IMG/VR virus record: IMGVR_UViG_3300042731_001312
Span: 1-64,000 of that record
Length of the DNA: 64,000 bases
Source of the DNA: a virus
Reading direction: 5' to 3' (one strand)
Part shown: piece by piece, positions 55,884 through 64,000 of the stretch
How positions within the stretch are numbered: the first letter of the stretch is position 1
Layout: every line of letters begins with the position of its first letter
The notes under the pieces: model-generated
Told to the model about the DNA's origin: nothing
The model's input: the letters and a program-made list of their open reading frames with translations, nothing else
Database searches by the model: none
Translations under genes and position numbers: made by a program

Positions 55884-57746
55884 ATGGCATTACAGAATTT
55901 AAAAACATATTTCGAAGGCGCTAACATATCAGACGTCGATAATCTTCTTAGCAACAAGTGTATTGTAACCGAGAAGATTGATGCATCTTCTTTTCACGTC
56001 AAAAGAGACGGATCTGATTTTTTATTCTATAAGTCTGGCTCTAAACAAGAAATGGATCTAGTAGATCGCACGATTGTTAGATACTACGAGAATGCTATTA
56101 GATACTTTAGATCTGTATCTGAAGGCGCTGTAAAAGACATGCCATTCGACTGGAAATTTGGTTTTGATTATTTAGTAGATAATAAGACTGTTGATATTGA
56201 GTATGACATACTTCCAAAGTCTAATCTTATTCTAACGCATATCCAAGTTTTGCAACCATCTAATCCTACTAAGATTAGAAAGGTAATTAGAGACACTAAG
56301 GTCCTAAATAAATGGGCAGATAAGTTAGGTGTCGCTGGACCTCCAGTTTTATTTGAGGGTCTATTAGACTCGGGCCAGAAAGATGCAATTAAAGCTCTAT
56401 TGGCGATGTCAGTTAATGAGTTTGAGCAGAAATTTGAAGATAAAGATAAGCCTACATTTACTAGAAACGTCTTTGGTATTTTTAACCAGAACATGAAGCA
56501 ATCAGCTTTAATGAATGACCTGTCTAAGGATGTTGCTGGCTTTATTGTTAACTTCCATGATGGAAAAGAGTTGAAGTCTTTTAAACTAGAGAAGTTTAAT
56601 AAAAAACCGGCTGAAGAGAGAAAACCTTCAGACATGTATCAAATCACAATCTTAGATATTGTAGAGCACTTAACTCAATTTGACTTTGAATCAATACAAC
56701 TAAAAGAAGAGCAATCAGATTTAAGATATTTAGAACTAATGTCAGGTGTTTTTAATGACTATGTCGAAAAGAATGCTACTAAATATATTGGCGCTAAATT
56801 TGATTCTGCTGACTTTTCAGAATCTCCTCTATTTGAATTAAACCACAAGTTTATTCAAAATGAAAAGACCTTAACATTAGTACAAGATAGAATCTTATCA
56901 GAGCTATTTAAAATTACATTAGGTTCTTTTAGAAAGAAGAGAAATAAAGAAACAGATATTATCAATGCCGATCTAATGAATACTATCAACGATATTGTAG
57001 AAAAGATTGAGGGTACGGTGATGGCAAAAACAAACGAAGGCGACGTTATGAATTTCAATCAATATTTATTAAACCAAAAGATTTCGGCACAAGTTAGTCC
57101 AATCACAGAGGGTTTAACTGTTAATTATCCAGAACAGGGTAGTAAGCCAGTTAACATGTTTGTTGGTAGATTCCAACCATTCACGTTAGGTCATGCTAAG
57201 GTGGTTGAAACTATCTACAAGCAAAACGGACATCCAGTAGTTATCTTCTTAATTAAGTCTAAAACTAGAAAGGCAGAAGATGCATTTAAGAGACCTTATG
57301 ATGAAGAAACTCAAATGTCAATGTTAGACAAATTAAAGTCTAAATATCCTATTGAGAAAGTTTATATCTTAGATAGAGCAGCAATTGATCTAATGTTTAA
57401 TACAATGAGAGCTGATGGCTACGAGCCAGTACTTTGGGGAACAGGAACTGATAGACTTAAGACCTATTCATACCAAGTCGATAAGCCAGAATATAGAGAA
57501 GATCTTGGAGTGAGAGATGATTTCGGTTTATTTGAAATACCAAGGACAGGTAAGAATATCTCAGCTACTCAGGTTAGAAACGCAATGTTAGATAACGACG
57601 AGAAGATGTTTAAAAAATTAACACCCAAAGGCATCCATAGTATGTATGGAGAATTAAAAACTAAATTAGAGGATTCAATGGGAGTAGTTGCGGAGTCATC
57701 GCAACCAGAGTTCTTAACCTTCGAAGCCTTTTTGAAGAATATATAA
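55884..57746 (+). CDS. Fusion of a degenerate RNA ligase-like domain and an HxGH-type nucleotidyltransferase (cytidyltransferase/NMNAT-like)
   Basis: TEKIDASSF, PVLFEG, SFKL; GRFQPFTLGH, GTDR, ISATQVR. Confidence 0.8.
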   Translation: MALQNLKTYFEGANISDVDNLLSNKCIVTEKIDASSFHVKRDGSDFLFYKSGSKQEMDLVDRTIVRYYENAIRYFRSVSEGAVKDMPFDWKFGFDYLVDNKTVDIEYDILPKSNLILTHIQVLQPSNPTKIRKVIRDTKVLNKWADKLGVAGPPVLFEGLLDSGQKDAIKALLAMSVNEFEQKFEDKDKPTFTRNVFGIFNQNMKQSALMNDLSKDVAGFIVNFHDGKELKSFKLEKFNKKPAEERKPSDMYQITILDIVEHLTQFDFESIQLKEEQSDLRYLELMSGVFNDYVEKNATKYIGAKFDSADFSESPLFELNHKFIQNEKTLTLVQDRILSELFKITLGSFRKKRNKETDIINADLMNTINDIVEKIEGTVMAKTNEGDVMNFNQYLLNQKISAQVSPITEGLTVNYPEQGSKPVNMFVGRFQPFTLGHAKVVETIYKQNGHPVVIFLIKSKTRKAEDAFKRPYDEETQMSMLDKLKSKYPIEKVYILDRAAIDLMFNTMRADGYEPVLWGTGTDRLKTYSYQVDKPEYREDLGVRDDFGLFEIPRTGKNISATQVRNAMLDNDEKMFKKLTPKGIHSMYGELKTKLEDSMGVVAESSQPEFLTFEAFLKNI

Positions 57747-57765
57747 ACAAACAGATTATATTAAT

Positions 57766-58149
57766 ATGAGAAATATAAAAACATTCGAAGCGTTTAAAAA
57801 CTCAGTAAATGAGTCAATTCAATTCGGTTCTTATTATTATAGTACTAGAACAGCATTCGGTGAGCATAGTGACAACCTACCAGAAAAAGGCAATACAAAG
57901 TATTTAGTATTTGCACATAATGAAGTAGATTTCTATGGCCAAAGAATTAGATTAGAAAACGGCGGTAGCAATAAACAACATATCGGCATTTTTGACGATG
58001 AGGCTAGTGCGGCAGACGCGTACAATACTGCTATGAAAAAACCAGATGGTGTTTATATTTCATTCTCAATGGGAACACTTTACGCAAAGTCTAAGTTCTC
58101 ATTCCAATATGAAGAAACACAGGGTAAACTAGCAAAAATTAAAGCATAA
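57766..58149 (+). CDS. Putative internal head protein
   Basis: MRNIKTFEAFKNSVNE N-terminus. Confidence 0.7.
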   Translation: MRNIKTFEAFKNSVNESIQFGSYYYSTRTAFGEHSDNLPEKGNTKYLVFAHNEVDFYGQRIRLENGGSNKQHIGIFDDEASAADAYNTAMKKPDGVYISFSMGTLYAKSKFSFQYEETQGKLAKIKA

Positions 58150-58151
58150 TC

Positions 58152-60644
58152 ATGGCAACATTTGAAGACTTTTTATCAGAAGGTAAAAAAATACAAATCA
58201 AAAGAAAGTATACAGAGAATCACCCTGCACAAACAGTGGGCAAGACTGCTAATGTAAGAAATGCAGTACTTAAAGCAATTGCTGATGGTATGGTAACAAG
58301 AGAAGAGTTTAACTCTATTATTGCTGAACTTTCTGCTAATTCTAGCCAATGGGCTTCTAGAAATAGAAAATACTTTAATGTTTCTGAAGAGGGCATTAAG
58401 CTTTCAAGATGGGGTCGTAGAATTCTAGCTGAACTAGATGAAACTCCTAAAGCTGCTGAACTTAACGAGAAAGTTAAAGTTACAAAAGATAAATTCCCAT
58501 ACATTGAGTTTAAAGATGGTGGTAAGAAGTATGAAGTAGAATTTGACCAAGGTGATATTATTGACGACCACGGTAACGAGGGTAAAGACTGGTATTATGT
58601 CGGCGTTGACCAATTTGGCGATGAGTGGGAAATTGATGTTTACACTGATTTCAGAGATGAGCCAGAAGATTGGTTTCATGATACTATTAAGAGAGTTGAT
58701 GAGTCAAAAGTTAATGAAGCTAAATTTGTAAAAGAATTTGATAAAGCAGTTCTAGATGCTGAAACAGAACAAGATGTTTTAAAAGTATATCCTACAGCTG
58801 AATTTTATGTAGGTAAAATGTCACACTTCTTTGGAGAACTAGAACCAAACTTATTCTTTAAAGCTTATTATGCAGATTGGTATAAGAAAGATACTGGTAA
58901 ATCAATTAAAGGTGACTTTAAAATTACTACAATCTACTCAGAGAAGGGTAGTAGATACGTAAACTTATATGTAGAAGAATCTGCAGTTACTGAAAACTAT
59001 GAAGTAATCTGGTCTGACGGAATGAGAGGCCTGAAGAAATTCAGAAATGAAAGACAGGCTAGACAATATTTCGACGATAAGATCAAACAAAAGGGTATGA
59101 GAGATGTTGCTTTATATAGAGCAGGCTCTGGTTTTCACTCAACAACACAAACAGAATATGTAATTGCATTTTGGGGTGATGGCACTTACCTGGATAACGT
59201 ATCTAAGAGAGATGCAGATCTAGCAGCTAAAAAAGTAGAAGAATCAGTAGTTAACGAGGCATTCAAATTCGGTACTAAAAATCAGTACTCAATGGATGAT
59301 GTTAATGATGGCTATGGTTTTTGGGGTACTTTAGAAATGCACTACGATGAAAAAGAGGTACAAGACCACTGGTTAGTCGCGTTTATTCACCTAACAGGTA
59401 ACTTAGGCTTCTCTGATGCAGGTGCATTATATTTCCTAAACGCGAAATCAGGTAGATGGTTAGCAGATCAAGTTAACGATAAAGAGGGTATGAACTTTGA
59501 TCTAATAGATGTAATGGATGCATACGCAAAATCATCTCAATGGAAAAAATGGGCAAAAGAATATAACGACTATGCCCAAGAAGAATTAGCAGAAAATAAT
59601 AATACAAATATGAAAACAGAATTCCTATTCGAGTCATTTAGTGATTTCGTTGGCGCTAATTTTCTCAACGAGAAATTAGGTAGCCAGATTATGGCTGATA
59701 TTTTTATGTCTAATAAGCAAGGCAAAGCTGCTGCGCAAAACATTAAAACCTTAGCAAGGGGTTTTTATGGTATGGCTAAAGTAGCCCTAGATAAAATCCA
59801 GGATGAAGATTTTATTGTGAGTAACGATCCAGGTAAAGTATTTAAAAATTACGGCGGACCTAACCACATTTTATTCTTTATTTCAGATAACGAGAAAGAG
59901 AACCCATACTTCCCAGTAGATTCTTATGGTTCATTAAGAACAATCCCGGGCGGTGGTATTCTACTAGCAGCAATGTCTGGTGATAGAATGTTCTTCGCTA
60001 ACGAGTGGTCTAGATGGTCAGGTGGCGGAACTTGGACTAAGCAAAAGAAGGGTGATGAAAGCCAAATTGGTGTTTCTCATAGATATAGAGGCTGGGATGC
60101 AACCGGACTTAACAACGGTAAGAGAATCTCAGAAGTTTCTGATAGAGTAATTGTACTTAACCTAGATTTAGTAAGACAAAAGTATTCTACTGCTCAATTA
60201 AGAGATGCTAGAGCTGCTGCTAAAGCAGGAGCTACCGCGTTCCAATCTGATAAAGACTTCAAGAAGGCTAATATGGCTAGATACCAACAGATTTTAGCCA
60301 ATAAAGCAGCAAGCCTACCTTTAGACAGTATGGTTGAAGGTGCGATCGATATGTTGACTAAGCAGATCCAAGACGGTTTAAAGAAAGGTGAGAAGACTCA
60401 GTATAATGAAATTAAAATTGGAGAATCTCCTAAAGGTAGAGAAGTAAAAGCTAGAGATGCTTCTAGCCACATGTCTTCTATTCTTGATGACTACCAAAGA
60501 TATTGTGACTATGTTAAACAGGCTGAAGAGTCAGAGGCTAGATATGGAGAAAGAGAGTCTTACTATGAAAGAGAGTCTAAAGATTACGCGAAAAGAATTA
60601 AAGATAAGATTAACAAAATAGAAACATTCGATTACGCTTGGTAA
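58152..60644 (+). CDS. Modular putative internal-head polyprotein (about 6 modules)
   Basis: MATFEDFLSE; linkers ELNE, ESKVNE, ESAVTE, ESVVNE and FESF..F....FLNE. Confidence 0.7.
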   Translation: MATFEDFLSEGKKIQIKRKYTENHPAQTVGKTANVRNAVLKAIADGMVTREEFNSIIAELSANSSQWASRNRKYFNVSEEGIKLSRWGRRILAELDETPKAAELNEKVKVTKDKFPYIEFKDGGKKYEVEFDQGDIIDDHGNEGKDWYYVGVDQFGDEWEIDVYTDFRDEPEDWFHDTIKRVDESKVNEAKFVKEFDKAVLDAETEQDVLKVYPTAEFYVGKMSHFFGELEPNLFFKAYYADWYKKDTGKSIKGDFKITTIYSEKGSRYVNLYVEESAVTENYEVIWSDGMRGLKKFRNERQARQYFDDKIKQKGMRDVALYRAGSGFHSTTQTEYVIAFWGDGTYLDNVSKRDADLAAKKVEESVVNEAFKFGTKNQYSMDDVNDGYGFWGTLEMHYDEKEVQDHWLVAFIHLTGNLGFSDAGALYFLNAKSGRWLADQVNDKEGMNFDLIDVMDAYAKSSQWKKWAKEYNDYAQEELAENNNTNMKTEFLFESFSDFVGANFLNEKLGSQIMADIFMSNKQGKAAAQNIKTLARGFYGMAKVALDKIQDEDFIVSNDPGKVFKNYGGPNHILFFISDNEKENPYFPVDSYGSLRTIPGGGILLAAMSGDRMFFANEWSRWSGGGTWTKQKKGDESQIGVSHRYRGWDATGLNNGKRISEVSDRVIVLNLDLVRQKYSTAQLRDARAAAKAGATAFQSDKDFKKANMARYQQILANKAASLPLDSMVEGAIDMLTKQIQDGLKKGEKTQYNEIKIGESPKGREVKARDASSHMSSILDDYQRYCDYVKQAEESEARYGERESYYERESKDYAKRIKDKINKIETFDYAW

Positions 60645-60645
60645 T

Positions 60646-61842
60646 ATGCCTTCTGTAAGTAAGTCACAACAAAGATTAATGGGAATGGCCTATGCTGTTA
60701 AATCCGGCGATATGGAACTCTCAGACATTGACCCAGCTTACAGAGATAAAGTAAAATCATTATCTGACGGAATGACAAAGAAAGACTTAAAGAAATACGC
60801 TGCAACAAAGCATGATGGTCTACCAGAGACGGTGGATGAGGCATTTATTGGACCTTTTGTATTTAATGACAGTATGTCTGATGAAGAATTACTAGGAATG
60901 TACAATGGAGCATTAGATGGCTATGCTAACTATGCTAAAGGAATGTATTACCCTAAATCGGATTACAAGAAAGCTTATCAAGAAATTGAAAAGATTTTAA
61001 AGAAGAGAGGAGTTTCAGTAGACGAAAGTGCACAAGGGGCTGTATCTTTAAATCCAGGCATGACTATCGGTGGTATTGGTGACCCGATGCTTCCAACAGC
61101 AACTGAATTTGGATCGGGCGACGTACCTGCAGTAGCAGATATTGACGACGACGAAGAAGAGGCTAAAAAAGATAATACAAAAACAAAGTTAGAGATGGAA
61201 AATTTACATTTAACTTTCGATAGTTTCTTAAATGAAGCTTCTAATTTTAACGATCCAGTTTTAGTAGCTTTTAGAGCTGCTAGAATGAAGAGGGAAGAAG
61301 AGCTTGCAAAACCAAAGCGCAAGCCCCTTTATGGTAAACAAAGACAAAAAGCTGAAGATGATCTGTGGAATATTAGCCAAGACTTAAAAGATCTATATGC
61401 AGATAGAGGTCAAATGTTAATTGACATGGAACAAGAAGCAGAGGCTGAAGGTGGTCCAATTGCAGACGAATACGGAGGCAAATTAAATGATATTGAAGAT
61501 CAAATTCAAGCGCTAATTGTTAAGAGAAATAAACTTGAAATGAAATTAGCAGAATCAGTAGTTAATGAAAAGAAGCTAGATAGAGAAGACATGATGGCTT
61601 GGATCGAACAACACATGGATTTTGTAAGAACTACTGAAGAATTCAACGGTTCTCCAGGTGGCATCTGGGTTTCAGGTGAGAATGGCGACGAGTATAAAGG
61701 TAGAGTAATCTATGCATACTACTCTGAAGACTACAAGAACAGAACATTTGGTGTAGATAACAGATGGGAAAAGGAACTTAATAAAAGAGGGTGGTATAGT
61801 GAATGGCATGATGCAGGCACATCCATGATTTGGCCACTATAA
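60646..61842 (+). CDS. Modular protein with an N-terminal DUF3008-like domain; putative internal-head polyprotein
   Basis: MPSVSKSQQRLMGMAYAVK.G...M.KKDLKKYAATKH.GLPE; linkers TVDE, SVDE, FDSFLNE and ESVVNE. Confidence 0.7.
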   Translation: MPSVSKSQQRLMGMAYAVKSGDMELSDIDPAYRDKVKSLSDGMTKKDLKKYAATKHDGLPETVDEAFIGPFVFNDSMSDEELLGMYNGALDGYANYAKGMYYPKSDYKKAYQEIEKILKKRGVSVDESAQGAVSLNPGMTIGGIGDPMLPTATEFGSGDVPAVADIDDDEEEAKKDNTKTKLEMENLHLTFDSFLNEASNFNDPVLVAFRAARMKREEELAKPKRKPLYGKQRQKAEDDLWNISQDLKDLYADRGQMLIDMEQEAEAEGGPIADEYGGKLNDIEDQIQALIVKRNKLEMKLAESVVNEKKLDREDMMAWIEQHMDFVRTTEEFNGSPGGIWVSGENGDEYKGRVIYAYYSEDYKNRTFGVDNRWEKELNKRGWYSEWHDAGTSMIWPL

Positions 61843-61867
61843 AGGACAAACTTTTAACAAAATAATT

Positions 61868-61898
61868 AGCCTGATATTTTTTTATGTCAGGCTTTTTT
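61868..61898 (+). terminator. Intrinsic terminator embedded in the early promoter cassette
   Basis: AGCCTGA...TCAGGCT followed by TTTTT. Confidence 0.75.
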
Positions 61899-61921
61899 AT
61901 TATATTAGTACTGTAATTAAA
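61898..61921 (+). promoter_or_regulatory. Putative early promoter core (copy 3)
   Basis: 24-bp identity with the other two copies. Confidence 0.85.
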
Positions 61922-61931
61922 GATAAAGTAT

Positions 61932-62231
61932 ATGAAAACATTTAAAGATTTAGTATTTCATCCGAACCGCCGCGGCGGCGTTAACAGTCGAACTGATTTC
62001 GACAATGGATTTTCACTTAGTGTGGTTGCAGGTGGTGTGGCTTACAGTACGCCTCGTGATGACAGTCAAGACCCAGAACATTTCAGTGCGTTTGAGATAG
62101 CGGTGTTTGCTCCTGATGGTGAATTCACACGTGAGTTCTTCCCTGAAGACCATTCGGATGATGTAATGGGTTGGCAATCGCGTGCCGACATCAATACTAT
62201 TTTGTTACAAATTCAAAATCACAATGAGTAA
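61932..62231 (+). CDS. Hypothetical early protein
   Basis: FDNGFSLSVV...YS.P...FEIAV...DDVMGW, a pattern common in small phage proteins. Confidence 0.75.
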   Translation: MKTFKDLVFHPNRRGGVNSRTDFDNGFSLSVVAGGVAYSTPRDDSQDPEHFSAFEIAVFAPDGEFTREFFPEDHSDDVMGWQSRADINTILLQIQNHNE

Positions 62232-62385
62232 GAAAAAGAAACATGATGACAAATTAGACTTCAACGGAGGATGGACCTCTGGTGAGGCTGCTCATCATAT
62301 TTCTAAGAAAATGACTCAACAAACAGTGCCTGATAAAACCAAGTATTCAAGAAAGAAGAAACATAAAAATAAAGACGATGAGTAA
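62224..62385 (+). CDS. Small basic hypothetical protein
   Basis: Likely start ATG 62224; KTKYSRKKKHK. Confidence 0.65.
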   Translation: MSKKKKHDDKLDFNGGWTSGEAAHHISKKMTQQTVPDKTKYSRKKKHKNKDDE

Positions 62386-63055
62386 GATTGTAGTTATCGG
62401 AGATATTCATGGACATACTTCATGGAAGGACGTTATGCGTGCACATGGTGATGCCACCGAATATGTATTTGTCGGAGACTACTTTGACTCTTTTTCTGTT
62501 TCACACGCCGAACAAATCTTTAATTTTAAAGAGATTATTAAGTGGAAAGAGGGGTCAAAGATTAAAATGACTCTACTTATTGGCAACCATGATTTCCACT
62601 ATATGTCAGATTGTGGAGGTAGATACGGCGGCTACAACTATATGTTTGCACCTGAGATTAATCAATTGCTCAGGGAGAACAAACACCATCTACAAGTGGC
62701 GTATCAATCTGGTAAGTATCTCTTTACTCACGCTGGAGTCTCAAGAAAATGGTATGAGTCCAATTTTTCAGAAGATGGAAATATTGCAGACCAAATTAAC
62801 GAATTATGGAGATATGATAAAAGGTCTTTTAATCATACCGGTATGGAGGCGTATGGGAATGTCCCGGAAGAAGGCCCGATGTGGATTCGTCCTAGGGCTT
62901 TAAGGAGTTCACTACTCGATAAGAATATCGTACAGGTGGTTGGACATACTCACATGCGAGCAATTGATTATGATGATAACCACTATTTTGTTGATACACT
63001 TCCGTATGAGTATTTGACTATAGAAAACGGAGTTCCGATCATCAACAAGTTCTAA
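62378..63055 (+). CDS. Calcineurin-like metallophosphoesterase
   Basis: GDIHG, GDYFD, GNHD, THAG, GHT. Confidence 0.92.
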   Translation: MSKIVVIGDIHGHTSWKDVMRAHGDATEYVFVGDYFDSFSVSHAEQIFNFKEIIKWKEGSKIKMTLLIGNHDFHYMSDCGGRYGGYNYMFAPEINQLLRENKHHLQVAYQSGKYLFTHAGVSRKWYESNFSEDGNIADQINELWRYDKRSFNHTGMEAYGNVPEEGPMWIRPRALRSSLLDKNIVQVVGHTHMRAIDYDDNHYFVDTLPYEYLTIENGVPIINKF

Positions 63056-63070
63056 AACTGTTCAATATTT

Positions 63071-63103
63071 AGGGCCGTTCACTCACAATGAACGGCCTTT
63101 TTT
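63071..63103 (+). terminator. Intrinsic terminator
   Basis: GGCCGTTCA-loop-TGAACGGCC followed by a T run. Confidence 0.88.
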
Positions 63104-63106
63104 ATT

Positions 63107-63134
63107 GAAACAAACTAGCACTTTCGTACTATAA
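63107..63134 (+). promoter_or_regulatory. Putative middle promoter GAAAC-N18-TATAA
   Basis: Consensus match 19 nt upstream of the 63153 start. Confidence 0.6.
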
Positions 63135-63152
63135 TTAATAAATCTATTTTAT

Positions 63153-63485
63153 ATGAGCAATATTCTAGAACAAGCAGACAAAATTATTAACCACAGATCA
63201 GAAGAGAAAGAACGTATGTATGGTCCTTTTGAAGAGGGCATGCGTCGTGCAGCAATGATCTGTTCTGGCATGACAGGCAAAGAGTGGACCGGATCCGATA
63301 TGTATGCAGCACTCGTCGCACTTAAATTAAGCAGACATTCTTACAACTATAAAGAAGATAATCTTCTAGATGCGGTCGCATATATTGGCGGCCTAGATAA
63401 TTACATTAAGAAGTATGGCTACGGTGAAACCGAAAAGCCAATTAATTTAACTGATGCCGACGCTGGATATGGAGACAAACAATAA
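63153..63485 (+). CDS. DUF6378-like protein
   Basis: ILEQA..II..R...YG.F......A...S...G........ALKLSR....YKEDN..D..AY. Confidence 0.7.
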   Translation: MSNILEQADKIINHRSEEKERMYGPFEEGMRRAAMICSGMTGKEWTGSDMYAALVALKLSRHSYNYKEDNLLDAVAYIGGLDNYIKKYGYGETEKPINLTDADAGYGDKQ

Positions 63486-64000
63486 CCTGGTCTATTTTAC
63501 GGACTTAGAGAAGGATAATAATATTCGAATAGGTATTTCTGCGTTAGTTGGAAAACTAAGCAGTAAATTAACTTCACATAAATCAGGTTGGGCATTCCAT
63601 TTAGCAAATCAGCTAAAGCATGCCGGCTATCAAAATGTTCAAGTACTTACAGATAACACACCATGGGACGTAACAAGATTCGATGTAATCTTAATCGAGC
63701 ACGGTATGGAATTCAAAGGCAATTTTAATATCTTCGGTGGGGCGAACGATGACTTGTACCATCAAATCACTAGAATGTTCGCTCCCGGTATACGCATGTA
63801 TTCGCTCCACCACGATATGCCTTGTGTAGGTACTCTAATTGAAAAGCGCCTAAAGACAGGTTCAGATCTTTTTAAAACACTTGAAGTACAAATAAAAGAC
63901 GCTAAATCAATTTGTGCTAGAATTCCTAGAGTAGATAGAATCCAAAAGACAGATAAACTTTGCTTTGGAGATTCACATTCATTTAGCCAGTATACTCCGG
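63469..64000 (+). CDS. 3'-truncated hypothetical protein with a GDSH motif
   Basis: Open frame METNNNL...SHKSGWA...EHGMEFKGNFNIFGG...CFGDSHS runs to the window end; absent from the ORF track. Confidence 0.7.
   Translation, partial: METNNNLVYFTDLEKDNNIRIGISALVGKLSSKLTSHKSGWAFHLANQLKHAGYQNVQVLTDNTPWDVTRFDVILIEHGMEFKGNFNIFGGANDDLYHQITRMFAPGIRMYSLHHDMPCVGTLIEKRLKTGSDLFKTLEVQIKDAKSICARIPRVDRIQKTDKLCFGDSHSFSQYTP

Noticed and set aside
61932-61960. MKTFKDLVF as a capsid-targeting motif
   Set aside because: Lacks the acidic FxxF..E pattern and lies behind a terminator and an early promoter

Overview
The window is a gene-dense, AT-rich 64-kb segment of a large T4-like (myovirus, probably jumbo) phage in the standard genetic code. 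A Bacteroidota host is inferred from BACON and InlB-B repeat domains, a Bacteroidota-type ribosomal protein S1, scarce Shine-Dalgarno sites and a TAnnTTTG-like early promoter. Gene order: the end of a fibre/adhesin gene and a Hint-domain protein; small acidic proteins with capsid-targeting-like N-termini; dCMP deaminase, DinG helicase and a 2OG-Fe(II) oxygenase; a long tail/baseplate/neck module (gp53, gp5, gp13, gp25, gp6, gp3-like, giant Ig/BACON/collagen fibres) that also carries an S1 homolog and an amidoligase; a RuvC-like nuclease, gp32, gp61, UvsY and UvsW; a 9-kb cluster of proteins with T4 internal-protein-type signals; then early/middle small genes. The most notable signal is a recurrent F-(E/D/N/Q)-x-(F/Y)-(L/I)-x-E motif plus ES-x-(V/I)-(N/T)-E linkers. 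Together they suggest a large capsid-packaged, protease-processed polyprotein cargo that includes RNA-ligase-like and nucleotidyltransferase enzymes and a glycine-zipper peptide. Other signals are three promoter classes readable from the sequence, a candidate ~100-nt structured antisense RNA with its own promoter, a BACON domain split across an in-frame stop next to a Hint domain, and two micro-ORFs missing from the ORF track. All product calls come from motif recognition by eye; no database searches were run.
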